Virus record (IMG/VR): IMGVR_UViG_3300028833_000003
Reading direction: 5' to 3' (one strand)
Length of the DNA: 64,000 nucleotides
Origin: a virus
Shown: piece by piece, positions 50,366 through 59,852 of the stretch
Numbering within the stretch: the stretch's first letter is position 1
Layout: the number at the start of each line of letters is the position of its first letter
Notes under the pieces: model-generated
What the model was told of the DNA's origin: nothing
Databases searched by the model: none
The model's input: the letters and a program-made list of their open reading frames with translations, nothing else
Translations under genes and position numbers: made by a program

Positions 50366-50539
50366 GTGATTAAAACAGAACGCATTGATAATTTAATTCA
50401 CACATATAGTGATTAGGGCTTTATGATTAAGGCGCCAGATGGCTCAATAGTAAGTGAAGCCTTTGACCTGCGGCCGCAGACATATACCGAGACAAACGTC
50501 AAAGCGCCCGCACACGAAGAAATTGACGAAGAAGCATAA
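50366..50539 (+). CDS. small hypothetical protein (57 aa), one TAG sense codon
   Basis: GTG 50366 after AAGGAGGA; TAG at 50414; TAA 50537; below the ORF-track cutoff because of the TAG. Confidence 0.5.
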
Positions 50540-50605
50540 AACTTGATTTTTTAATAAAAATATTATATAATATATATATAAGATAAAGAAAGGGTTGGTG
50601 GCAAA

Positions 50606-51361
50606 ATGGTAGCAAAGTCTTATCAGAACAAAGAAATCGTCGGTGAGCCCTACACTGTGATGCTTGACAAACGTGGCGCCGTCCAGTATGTAAAGATTAA
50701 GACGGGCCGCACCAATCCGGATGGCTCTCCCGTTATCAAAGAAGTGCGCTGGTATTCCGAAGAGGAATACTATAAAATGTATCCCCAGGAGATGCCGCAA
50801 ATCGTCTTTGATGCTAAGAAGGGCTTTGGCTTCGATAAAGGTTATATTTGGATTTTCGGTGGCGATACTTATAGCGAACTGGAATGGTTCCGCGCATGCC
50901 CTGTAACTCGTTACGCTCGCCATTTCGGTTGGTATGTTGTAAGTACCGATGAGCTGCCCAACGATATTCCCGAAGGCGTTGAACCCATTAAGCTGATGTG
51001 GGAACAGGTGTCGGATGGCAACGACAACATCCTCGATGAAGATAAAATCAAGTCGATTGTGCGTGACATCCTTCATCCTATTGATACGCGCAGCACCTAT
51101 CAGGGCGAAATTGGCGGTAAGATTACTGTAACGGCCAAATGCACGATGTGCCGTGAGGTTTATGGACCGTATGGTATTTCTGTGCTGCACAATTTCGTCG
51201 ATGCTAATGGTAATGTCTATGTCTGGTTCACTCAAAAGAGCCTTGAATCTGGCAAGACCTACACTTTCAGCGCGAAAGTAAAAGACCATAAGGAATATCG
51301 TAACCAGCAGCAGACTATTATCTACTATCTGCGTAATATTAAGGAGGTAGAAAATGCCTAA
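50606..51361 (+). CDS. hypothetical protein (251 aa), C-terminal part possibly OB-fold-like
   Basis: Class II promoter at 50543; uninterrupted GC-richer ORF. Confidence 0.75.
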   Translation: MVAKSYQNKEIVGEPYTVMLDKRGAVQYVKIKTGRTNPDGSPVIKEVRWYSEEEYYKMYPQEMPQIVFDAKKGFGFDKGYIWIFGGDTYSELEWFRACPVTRYARHFGWYVVSTDELPNDIPEGVEPIKLMWEQVSDGNDNILDEDKIKSIVRDILHPIDTRSTYQGEIGGKITVTAKCTMCREVYGPYGISVLHNFVDANGNVYVWFTQKSLESGKTYTFSAKVKDHKEYRNQQQTIIYYLRNIKEVENA

Positions 51362-51704
51362 TTATAACATTACGTCTGAATGTATGAGTGCAAAAGATGC
51401 AGTTGCTCTTTCTAATAAGGAATACCAGCGCCTGCGGGACCTGGTATTCCAGCTTTTGCGTAAAACTTTTAACGATGAAGTGCGCAAGGCCGCAACCACT
51501 GGCCTGCATTGGTTTAGATGGCGCGTCGTAGATAATAATTTGCATGTATCAACAGCCGTCACAGAAGAACTAAGTGATTTTGTGCGGCACCTGCGTGCGC
51601 TAGGATATGCGGCGGATGTAACTACTGGCCATTCTGGTGTAACGAATGGTTATATTTGCGCATGGGGCGAAGATGCTGCTAAATTGATTGAGGAGAATAT
51701 GTAA
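51354..51704 (+). CDS. hypothetical protein (116 aa)
   Basis: AAGGAGGTAG RBS, overlaps the previous stop. Confidence 0.7.
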   Translation: MPNYNITSECMSAKDAVALSNKEYQRLRDLVFQLLRKTFNDEVRKAATTGLHWFRWRVVDNNLHVSTAVTEELSDFVRHLRALGYAADVTTGHSGVTNGYICAWGEDAAKLIEENM

Positions 51705-51907
51705 TGGATGTATTAAAAATGACGGTCGGGCATCTTTCAGAAACTGAAAGTGAAGCTCTTAAAACTGCGGTTGATGTATTAGAAGAAGTCATGGCAACTG
51801 CGCAAGAATATAATTCTATTTATCATGATGCAGAGACAGCCAAAGATGCTATTGAGATGTTCATAATTAAATATGTTCGCAATAGAACGGACGTGTGGTT
51901 CAAATAA
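51704..51907 (+). CDS. hypothetical protein (67 aa)
   Basis: GGAGGAG RBS, TAATG junction. Confidence 0.65.
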   Translation: MDVLKMTVGHLSETESEALKTAVDVLEEVMATAQEYNSIYHDAETAKDAIEMFIIKYVRNRTDVWFK

Positions 51908-52380
51908 TGAAATTTTATACATCATATTTCTATCAAGTTAGGTTTTTTCCACCTAATTTAATTCCTCTATCAACAGCATGTTCAGACCCAAAATGGTTTC
52001 ACGACAATAAAGGTTTAAAATGGCAATTCAAAGATAAGCGCGGCGTGCTAAATGGACTGCGTGCCGAACCGTTTGTGCCCGGCTAGCAGTTATATGGATT
52101 GTGTCGCGGACCTGAATATTGTGAAACAATTAATCCTCAAACGTGTGATTTTTTACGTGCTTATAAAGCACAATTAGATGCGTTATACTATGATAGTATA
52201 ATGTATCGTTTCCAACAGTTGCATGATAAAATATGTCATGCAGAGAACCTTGACAATGTAGATTTTGCTCTTTTGGTCCATGAGGCACCGACAAACCAAT
52301 GTAGTGAAAGAAAAACTCTACAAAATTGGTTTCTTTCACATAACGTGCCAATTAGCGAATGGTCAAAAGATCAAATATAA
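51907..52380 (+). CDS. hypothetical protein (157 aa), one TAG sense codon
   Basis: ATG 51907 (TAATG overlap); ORF-track pieces 51895..52086 and 52099..52380 are in one frame, separated only by TAG 52084. Confidence 0.65.
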
Positions 52381-52405
52381 ATAATTTATTTAAAGGAGAA
52401 AGTGT

Positions 52406-53074
52406 ATGAAGAAGTTTGTAGTTTTCATTATGTCTATTCTCGTCGCGCTGTCAGTAGTAATGTCAGCATCTGCGCTGACGCTATCTGGTGAAGCATTGTG
52501 GGCCATTAGCACCGAACAGCATGTTATGGGCATTATTGACCCGGCTAAGGTAGAGCACTACTTTGGTCCGCAGGAACCTCCTAAGCCCTATGTGCGCGGG
52601 TTCCTTGAAAATGGCCTGGTGCGCGAGAAAGGTTTGCAGGCTTACACTATCAGCGCAAGCGGTCAGCTGGGTGGATTTACTACTCTGAAAACGACTGTTA
52701 CAATTTTCCCTCAGTTTGAGGAAGTCGTTTATGGCCTAGTAACTGATAAGTGCGGATATGAACCCAATAGTGTAACAGATTATATCCTTGCTACTATGTA
52801 TTTTACTGATGAGTATGTCGGTCACGTATTTATTAAGACTAACGTGCCGAAGTTCCATGTTGGTACAATTACTATTACCGATAAAAAGGATACTATTGAA
52901 CTTTATATGGGCGACTTTGATCTTGATGGAAATATGGAACTTGGATTTGCGCCTGGCTGGACTCCTTGTCAGCCCGCACCTAAGAAGTGCTGCGGCAAAT
53001 GGACAGTTAAGTGCATTACTGTAACTCAGATTTGTTATATTAAGCAGTGCTTCCAGAAGACTAAGTGTAAGTAA
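52406..53074 (+). CDS. secreted protein with signal peptide (222 aa)
   Basis: AAAGGAGAAAG RBS; MKKFVVFIMSILVALSVVMSASA then ALTLSG (signal peptidase I type); followed by terminator GGCCGGTGAAAATCCGGCC plus T-run. Confidence 0.75.
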   Translation: MKKFVVFIMSILVALSVVMSASALTLSGEALWAISTEQHVMGIIDPAKVEHYFGPQEPPKPYVRGFLENGLVREKGLQAYTISASGQLGGFTTLKTTVTIFPQFEEVVYGLVTDKCGYEPNSVTDYILATMYFTDEYVGHVFIKTNVPKFHVGTITITDKKDTIELYMGDFDLDGNMELGFAPGWTPCQPAPKKCCGKWTVKCITVTQICYIKQCFQKTKCK

Positions 53075-53192
53075 TTTATTTGGCCGGTGAAAATCCGGCC
53101 TATTTTTTTATGCAAAAATGAATCATCTATTTGAAAATTTTAAAAAAATATTATATAATATATATGTAAGATAAATAAAGGAGATGTGGCAA

Positions 53193-54995
53193 ATGAGCGT
53201 TTATGAAATCTTTAATGCTTATCGTATGCGTTACGCGACTGGTTCTGAAAATTGTGAGTGTTCTCCTGACGAAGTGTCTGAGGAAGTATTGCTGCAACCC
53301 TGGCGCAAAGCTAAGGGCGAATATCTGATGCAGTTGTTCGGGGATCAGCTTATCCTGGAACGTCCTTTCACCTATCGTCGTGGTGAGGACGAACTGCGCA
53401 ATGATATGTCTAATTTCCTTGATCGCAACATTGCCATGTCTTTCCGCAAGATGATGTGGTCTAAGGTTTGTGACCTGCTTGGTATTGAAAGCCGGCAGTG
53501 GTATTGGAATGATGGAGTTCTCTTTGGTGATGTAGAGGACCTTCCCAAAGAGTCTCAGGAGCGCGCTAAGCGTTATAAGGTGGCGCTGGCGCTTGAAAAT
53601 GCGTTCAGCTTTGATTCTCTGATGGAGAACCATATCGGTGTGGATAAGGCAGTCTCTTGCAAACTGGATGATGGTCGGCGTATTTCCATTGGTTTGAATG
53701 AAAAGCCTATGCGCGTTATCGGTAAGTTTGTTAAGCTGTTCCCTGACGATACTGACATGAAGGAACAATTTGATAAGTATTGTGTTATGCACTCTCAGGT
53801 GCTGAACCAGAAGACGCTGAAAGGCACCATCTGTCTGTCTATTCATCCTCTGGACTATGCTACCGCTTCTGACAATGCGAATGGCTGGTCTAGCTGTATG
53901 TCTTGGCAGGAGCAGGGATGCTATCGTATTGGTACTGTCGAAATGATGAATAGTCCTATGGTTATTTGCTGCTATGTCAAGAGCGATAATAACATGCTGG
54001 ATTGGAATTACGCGAATAAGCATTATGTTTGGAATAGCAAAAAGTGGCGCGCTTGGGCTATTCTGGATATTCATCAGTGCCTGATTAATAAGCAGTATCC
54101 TTATGACAATGATGATTTGGCCACTTTCTGCCTGAACTGGATTCGTGAGCTGGCGGCTGAAAAGCTGGGCTGGACTTTTGATGCTCCTAAGCTTATCTAT
54201 GGTGAAAATCCTTCTCATCATGGCGGTCGTGAGATTGATGGCGGTTATACTCTTGTGTATGACATGAATAAAATGTATAACGACATCAACATCAATGGTG
54301 AAGGTAATCTTTGCTGTCTGCGGCATAATTATGCTAAGCTGTGGAAAATGCCTCAGCGCGTTCATATTAACGTGAGTGGCGTAGATCAGTGCATGTGTTG
54401 CGGCAAGGTGTCTAACTGGGACGACCAGACCGAAGGTTCTCTGTTTGGCACTTGCTGCGATGCTGAAAATGGTTGCCATTGCGCTCGGTGCGGTGATTAC
54501 GTCAATGAAGATGACATCTATTATGGTCCTGATGATGTCGCTTATTGCCAGGATTGCTATAATGATATATTCGGTCATTGCGAAATTTGCGACAGTGATG
54601 TTGAGCGCGAATATATGAATGATGTAACTGTTCATATCCCCGAGGATATGATTAAGGAAGGTCTTGAAAAGATTAACGCCATGCCGGAAGTTGATGGATA
54701 TTTCGACCTGAGCGATTGGCAGATTACCGATTATAGCCTGCGCAGCTTCTCTGTGTGCGACCAGTGCTGTAAGGATTATCATTGGAGAATTGTGCATGAC
54801 CCTCGTCTCAATGGTCATCAGTTCTTTGGCGATTTTATTGATACTACGAACAAGCAGATGGATGAAATTGATATTAGCATGTTACTGAGACATTGCGACC
54901 TGCCTGGCACTCATTATAACTTCCGTTTCAACCACTCCACTCGCGAAAAGATGCAGGCTGTGTGGATGGACCTGTGGGATAAATACATGAAGTAA
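53193..54995 (+). CDS. large Cys-rich protein of unknown function (600 aa), paralog of 58174..59511
   Basis: Class II promoter at 53131, AAGGAG RBS, ATG 53193. Shares core SIHPLDY-x8-W-SCM and NSKKWRAW with the paralog, then multiple CxxC pairs. Followed by a terminator hairpin. Confidence 0.8.
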   Translation: MSVYEIFNAYRMRYATGSENCECSPDEVSEEVLLQPWRKAKGEYLMQLFGDQLILERPFTYRRGEDELRNDMSNFLDRNIAMSFRKMMWSKVCDLLGIESRQWYWNDGVLFGDVEDLPKESQERAKRYKVALALENAFSFDSLMENHIGVDKAVSCKLDDGRRISIGLNEKPMRVIGKFVKLFPDDTDMKEQFDKYCVMHSQVLNQKTLKGTICLSIHPLDYATASDNANGWSSCMSWQEQGCYRIGTVEMMNSPMVICCYVKSDNNMLDWNYANKHYVWNSKKWRAWAILDIHQCLINKQYPYDNDDLATFCLNWIRELAAEKLGWTFDAPKLIYGENPSHHGGREIDGGYTLVYDMNKMYNDININGEGNLCCLRHNYAKLWKMPQRVHINVSGVDQCMCCGKVSNWDDQTEGSLFGTCCDAENGCHCARCGDYVNEDDIYYGPDDVAYCQDCYNDIFGHCEICDSDVEREYMNDVTVHIPEDMIKEGLEKINAMPEVDGYFDLSDWQITDYSLRSFSVCDQCCKDYHWRIVHDPRLNGHQFFGDFIDTTNKQMDEIDISMLLRHCDLPGTHYNFRFNHSTREKMQAVWMDLWDKYMK

Positions 54996-55091
54996 TATAA
55001 CTATCCTCACTCTACAACAAGAGTGAGGATTTTTTATTTGAAAATTTTAAAATATTTTGATATAATATATATAGAAAGTGAGGGGTGATGA

Positions 55092-55331
55092 ATGATGTTT
55101 GTAAGTTTTGAAGATGTTTTTAACGCTGAAAAACAAGAGATGTTAGCTAATAAAATTCATGAACGTGCCATTAAGGAGCATTGGTGCTGCACGTGTCGTC
55201 ATTGTAAATGCGAACATGATGGTGATTGGTGCGAATTCCGTAACACTGTTGCTGATGGCCCTTGCTTATTTTATGAACTTGAACCAAGTCATTGGACTAT
55301 ATATATTACAGAAGGAGGCAACGATAAATGA
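55092..55331 (+). CDS. Cys-rich small protein (79 aa)
   Basis: Class II promoter at 55038; HWCCTCRHCKCEHDGDWC. Confidence 0.7.
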   Translation: MMFVSFEDVFNAEKQEMLANKIHERAIKEHWCCTCRHCKCEHDGDWCEFRNTVADGPCLFYELEPSHWTIYITEGGNDK

Positions 55332-55579
55332 AAAGTCAAAGATGGTATGAAGATAATCCTGAACCGTATTATGAAAAATTTAGAGTTATTGACCAAGAGC
55401 TGGCTAATTTACGTATTGAAAATGAATTACTGCGGTATCAAAATATACGGCTGCGTGACCAGCTCTCTGCCTTTCAAGCCAGATATGGCCCATTGACATT
55501 GGATGATGATACCAGTGGTCCGCCCGAAGGACATGAGCGCCACGATACTGGCGTCTGGACGCCTGCTAACAAATGGTAA
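55328..55579 (+). CDS. hypothetical coiled-coil protein (83 aa)
   Basis: GAAGGAGG RBS, ATGA overlap. Confidence 0.65.
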   Translation: MKSQRWYEDNPEPYYEKFRVIDQELANLRIENELLRYQNIRLRDQLSAFQARYGPLTLDDDTSGPPEGHERHDTGVWTPANKW

Positions 55580-55645
55580 GCACAAACTTGAAAATTTTAA
55601 AAAAATTTGATATAATATATATGTAAGATGAAGGGAGGCAATCGA

Positions 55646-55879
55646 GTGCGTGATGTAGATTATGGCATAATCGACAAGGATGAGTTAATGCGATTACTAA
55701 TCGACTTGCAAGAAGGACTAATTGAAGAACGGCGCATGCGTGATAAAATGTGTGAGCTATATGAGCGACAATTAAAAATTCAAGACGCTGAAATTAAACG
55801 GTTGCAATCTGAATTAGCCTTAGCTCATGAAAAAACAAAAACATCTTTTATAAAACGACCGGCTCCCTTGAGAAAATAA
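55646..55879 (+). CDS. hypothetical coiled-coil protein (77 aa)
   Basis: Class II promoter at 55588; GTG 55646 7 nt after GGGAGG (ORF-track ATG 55628 precedes the RBS). Confidence 0.55.
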   Translation: MRDVDYGIIDKDELMRLLIDLQEGLIEERRMRDKMCELYERQLKIQDAEIKRLQSELALAHEKTKTSFIKRPAPLRK

Positions 55880-55952
55880 AAAAAATTTGATATAATATAT
55901 ATGTAAGGTAAGGAAAGAAATCCTACCAAATAAAGAAAGGAAGTAATTCACA

Positions 55953-56342
55953 ATGACGAAGCGCGAAATGTTTGAGAAGGCTATTGCTATCCTGTCCAAC
56001 GACAATGCCAATGACGAAGTTGTTGCTATGATGCAGCATGAGATTGAGATGCTCGATAAGCGTGCGGAGAGTGCGAAGGCTGGTTCCGAGAAGCGGAAGG
56101 CAAAGCGTGCGGAAACTTCTGACACCATCCGGAACTCTGTGTATGATGCCGTAGCCAATGCGGGTGCGCCGGTTGATGTATTCGCGATTGTTGGTGCGAT
56201 GGATAACGCTCTTACTAAGGGCCAGGTAGTTGCTTATCTGACTCAGCTGGTGCGGGATGGTCGTATCACTCGTGATGCCATCAAGTATAAGGATGCTGAT
56301 GGTCATACCAAGAACGGCTCCGTATACTCTGTCGTAGCGTAA
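55953..56342 (+). CDS. paralog family A member 5 (129 aa), diverged
   Basis: Class II-type promoter at 55868; same architecture (helical N-terminus, basic KRKAKRAE linker, winged-helix-like C-terminus ...LTQLVRDGRITRD...). Confidence 0.7.
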   Translation: MTKREMFEKAIAILSNDNANDEVVAMMQHEIEMLDKRAESAKAGSEKRKAKRAETSDTIRNSVYDAVANAGAPVDVFAIVGAMDNALTKGQVVAYLTQLVRDGRITRDAIKYKDADGHTKNGSVYSVVA

Positions 56343-56401
56343 TAAGAGTGTAAGCGATGGGGAGCGATGTGTTGTCGCTCCCCATTTTTAGGAGTGATTT
56401 A

Positions 56402-57220
56402 ATGAAATATATAATAAATAAACAATGTAGTATGCCATATAAACGTAATGATAATTGCGGTGGGATTGAGTATTATTGGCGTGATTTAAAAGATGCGCTG
56501 GAAGATAATGTCAATCTCAATGGCGAAAAAAATATTTATTTAATGTTTCCATCTGATTATGATTTCTCAGATATAGATGAAATCTTAAACACAATGGAAC
56601 GGTTGCCTAATTCTTGGTTTTTGCTGCCTTCAATTGAAGCTATTAATGTTGTAGTAACTGCCGCAAAAGCAAAAGGCATTGAACCTCGGTGCGGTTTCCG
56701 TTATATGATTACAACTTGGAAATTGTTTTTGCGAGCACAGCAAGCTGGCGCCACATATTTCTTATTTGGTGAGCCCCTCACATTTATGATGCGCCGGCTA
56801 CATGAAGTTAAAAAGGATAATTACATTTATTCTATGATACCATGTGCGTGTGATGAATCTCATTATATCAAAGACATTTGTCAATTCTGGGTATTGCCGC
56901 AGCATATGTATCTTTATGAAGGCTTCATAGATTATGCGGTAATTCCTTTTACGACGCTTAATCAAACTCAGACTGTAATTGATAGTTATTGGTCTGATAA
57001 AGATTATGTTTATCCTTTGTATTTGTTAATTTATAATATGGAATCGAAATATAAATTGCCAGCTAATTGGTTCACAGATAAATTTGCAAAGCTGCGTTTG
57101 GATTGTGAGCAAGAGTGTATAGTTGGTAATCCAAGATGTCATTATTGCGAACGAGAGTGCCACTGGTGGGACTTTGTAAGGGAGAATAGAAATGACTTCA
57201 AAATGGTTAAAACTGTATAA
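56402..57220 (+). CDS. hypothetical protein with Cys-rich C-terminus (272 aa)
   Basis: ATG 56402 after AGGAG; C-terminus DCEQECIVGNPRCHYCERECHWW. Confidence 0.7.
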   Translation: MKYIINKQCSMPYKRNDNCGGIEYYWRDLKDALEDNVNLNGEKNIYLMFPSDYDFSDIDEILNTMERLPNSWFLLPSIEAINVVVTAAKAKGIEPRCGFRYMITTWKLFLRAQQAGATYFLFGEPLTFMMRRLHEVKKDNYIYSMIPCACDESHYIKDICQFWVLPQHMYLYEGFIDYAVIPFTTLNQTQTVIDSYWSDKDYVYPLYLLIYNMESKYKLPANWFTDKFAKLRLDCEQECIVGNPRCHYCERECHWWDFVRENRNDFKMVKTV

Positions 57221-58226
57221 AAATCTTTGTGGCATGAATCAAGTTCAAACTCGTCAATTTATGGCGCAGTTTCTACGACATCAAGATTACAAAAATGTCA
57301 CATTGACAAATAACTATGTGTATGCGGAAGGTGATATTCCTATCGCGCTAGTTGCACATAGTGACACTGTGTTTAAAACTTTGCCAAGAGAGATTTTTCA
57401 TGACCAAGAGAAGAATGTCATTTGGAGCCCAGAAGGCATGGGCGCTGATGATAAAGCTGGTATTCTAATGATGATTGCGATTATTAAGAAGTATGATTTA
57501 AAACCGCATATCATTGTTACTGCTAACGAAGAAATTGGATGTCTTGGTGCATCGAGCCTGGTAAAGAAAGTTCCGAATTGTCCGTTTGCTGAATGTAAGT
57601 ATCTCATTCAGTTAGATCGTAGAGGAGCAGATGACTGCGTATTTTATGATTTAGATGATATTGAGTTTGAAAAGTATATAGAGTCATTTGGTTTTAAAAC
57701 TCAATGGGGTAGTTTTAGTGATATTTCTACTATTGCTCCTGCTTGGGGTATTGGTGCGGTAAATCTCTCTGTTGGGTATGAGGATGAACATAGTTATCAA
57801 GAGCGGTTGTATGTAAATTGGTGGCAGGCCACGCTTGAAAAAGTTGTAAAGATGTTAAATGATGCTGGTAATACTTGCCAGTGGGGCTATACTGAACGAG
57901 CCTATTCTTATCATTATAGCGGCTATCCTTATGGTTGCAACGATTGGGAAGATACTTGTGATTGTTGCCATAACCCCACTCCTTATGCAGATATGCTGCC
58001 AGTATATACAAAAGATAATCCTACTTATGGTATGGATATTTGTCCAGACTGCTTTGCAAAAATTTGTTTGGAAATGTCCTGGTGTAGCAAATGTAATAAA
58101 GGCTGGTATGGTTTTGGCCAACAGCCAAAAAATTGGGTGTGCCCAACTTGCGCTGGAAAGGAAGTAAATACCAATGCAGCAACTAAACTCAATAAAAGAC
58201 CTTCAAAAGATACATATAAGTTTTAA
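57192..58226 (+). CDS. clan MH (M20/M28/M42-like) metallopeptidase-fold protein with C-terminal zinc-ribbon tail (344 aa)
   Basis: AAGGGAG RBS; ordered motifs LVAHSDTV, GMGADDKAGILMM, TANEEIGCLGA, LIQLDRRG, GYEDEHS; then CDCCH...CPDC...CSKC...CPTC. Confidence 0.65.
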   Translation: MTSKWLKLYKNLCGMNQVQTRQFMAQFLRHQDYKNVTLTNNYVYAEGDIPIALVAHSDTVFKTLPREIFHDQEKNVIWSPEGMGADDKAGILMMIAIIKKYDLKPHIIVTANEEIGCLGASSLVKKVPNCPFAECKYLIQLDRRGADDCVFYDLDDIEFEKYIESFGFKTQWGSFSDISTIAPAWGIGAVNLSVGYEDEHSYQERLYVNWWQATLEKVVKMLNDAGNTCQWGYTERAYSYHYSGYPYGCNDWEDTCDCCHNPTPYADMLPVYTKDNPTYGMDICPDCFAKICLEMSWCSKCNKGWYGFGQQPKNWVCPTCAGKEVNTNAATKLNKRPSKDTYKF

Positions 58227-59511
58227 TTACGTGTATGACTGGCTGTATGAACAGCGCCACGGCACTGTTCATACAGACCATCTATTTAATACTTGGGTCG
58301 AAGAAAAGAAACGTTTTTATAGCGCTTGGGGAGATAAGTTAATCTGGGAATATCCTAAGCGCGTTAGTTTTGATTTGTCCGAGCGTGAGCGCGAACAGCG
58401 CTTGACTGAGTTTATTGGCCACGTATATGATGATTTGTGCTGCGACCTTGGAAAATTTCTGGAAGATAATAAAAAAGGTATTCTGGAAAATAAAATGGTG
58501 TCTAATCAATTTATAGATATTAATGGTAGGCCGCACACATTCCCAGAGCATCTTAAATTAAGTCGTGCTATTCTACAAATGGCATCAAAAGAAAAACTGT
58601 GTGAGCCATCAGAAGCTGAATATGTGCGGTGCCGCATCGCGGAACTTATTCAAGAGACTAAGATTACAGGAAAACTTTGTTTTTCTGTGCATCCTCTTGA
58701 TTATATTAGTATTAGCGAAAATCAGTCGAACTGGCGCAGCTGTCATGCTCTTGATGGTGAGTTCGCTAGTGGCAATTTATCATATATGCTAGATCCTTAT
58801 ACTGTTGTAGCATATCTTCGCAGTGATAAGCCTGAACGACTGCCGCGCTTCCCAGATGATGTGCCGTGGAATAATAAGAAATGGCGTATGCTGCTTTGTT
58901 TTGACAACATTCATCATATGGTATGGGCTAATCGACAGTATCCTTTTTATAGCAAGAGCGCATTAGATACAATTGGTGAAATTTTAAATGATCATATGCA
59001 TGATTGGAAATTCTTCGATAAAAATTTTGATGTAGCAGATTTATTACATATACCGCGTTTTTGTTCAAATTCTTTTAAGAGTTTTAAAAAGAACACTGCT
59101 AATAGTGATACTTTTAATTTGAATGAAACATGGATGTTTTGGAAAGGCGATATTTGTAAGGTAGAAGAGTTGGTTGGCAACGAATCAGGGAGTTTGAATT
59201 TTAATGATTTAATTGATTCAAGCACTTATGTACCAGACTTTTTAAGTTATGATAGTTATACAGATTTAGATAAATTGCGGAAATATCCTAAGATGCTTTT
59301 AGGCGGGGTACCACATTGTATCTTCTGTGATAACCAACCAATAGCATATACATCAATTCCGCTTTGTCCGGACTGCCTTCAAGAAAGTAAAATCGAGACG
59401 GAGTATATTACATATTGTTCATGTTGCGGAAAGAGGATTCTCTCAGAGGATGCACAATATGATTGCGGCGATCCATACTGCGATGATTGCTATGCGCGGT
59501 TATATAATTGA
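58174..59511 (+). CDS. large Cys-rich protein of unknown function (445 aa), paralog of 53193..54995
   Basis: AAGGAAG RBS 9 nt before ATG 58174 (53-nt overlap with the previous gene); SVHPLDY-x8-W-SCH, NNKKWRML; C-terminal CIFC...CPDC...CSCC...CDDC. Confidence 0.75.
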   Translation: MQQLNSIKDLQKIHISFNYVYDWLYEQRHGTVHTDHLFNTWVEEKKRFYSAWGDKLIWEYPKRVSFDLSEREREQRLTEFIGHVYDDLCCDLGKFLEDNKKGILENKMVSNQFIDINGRPHTFPEHLKLSRAILQMASKEKLCEPSEAEYVRCRIAELIQETKITGKLCFSVHPLDYISISENQSNWRSCHALDGEFASGNLSYMLDPYTVVAYLRSDKPERLPRFPDDVPWNNKKWRMLLCFDNIHHMVWANRQYPFYSKSALDTIGEILNDHMHDWKFFDKNFDVADLLHIPRFCSNSFKSFKKNTANSDTFNLNETWMFWKGDICKVEELVGNESGSLNFNDLIDSSTYVPDFLSYDSYTDLDKLRKYPKMLLGGVPHCIFCDNQPIAYTSIPLCPDCLQESKIETEYITYCSCCGKRILSEDAQYDCGDPYCDDCYARLYN

Positions 59512-59567
59512 TTTTTTTAAAAATATATGATATACTATATATAGAAAATAAGAGGAGGATTTGAGCT

Positions 59568-59852
59568 ATGGCCAAGGGTTCTATTGCTAAGGGTAATCTT
59601 ATTAAACGATTTGCGGACGCCGTGGGCGCCGATTATGTAGGTGAGTATGATAAGAAATGGTATTTTTGGAGCACTGAGAATGGCGAGCGCGTTCAGGTTG
59701 CTGTCTCATTGACATGCCCAAAGACGCCGGTCGGTGAATCTAATGTTAATACTTTTGGTGGAGAGGAAGTAGCGCCAGCTGCTGCACCAGCAACAATGTC
59801 TGAAAGTGAGCAAGCGCAGTTGGATAAGCTCATGGTCGAGTTAGGGCTATGA
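59568..59852 (+). CDS. hypothetical protein (94 aa)
   Basis: Class II promoter at 59508, GAGGAGGA RBS. Confidence 0.7.
   Translation: MAKGSIAKGNLIKRFADAVGADYVGEYDKKWYFWSTENGERVQVAVSLTCPKTPVGESNVNTFGGEEVAPAAAPATMSESEQAQLDKLMVELGL

Noticed and set aside
50444-51289. 281-aa minus-strand ORF and the similar 62364..62888 ORF
   Set aside because: Antisense to well-supported plus-strand genes (50606..51361, 62382..62789); no expression signals.
53151-54818. 555-aa minus-strand ORF
   Set aside because: It is antisense to 53193..54995, which has a promoter, an RBS, a paralog and sensible composition. The antisense product is an I/H/R/T/N-rich low-complexity sequence with no RBS. It is a shadow ORF created by the GC-rich codon bias of the sense gene.
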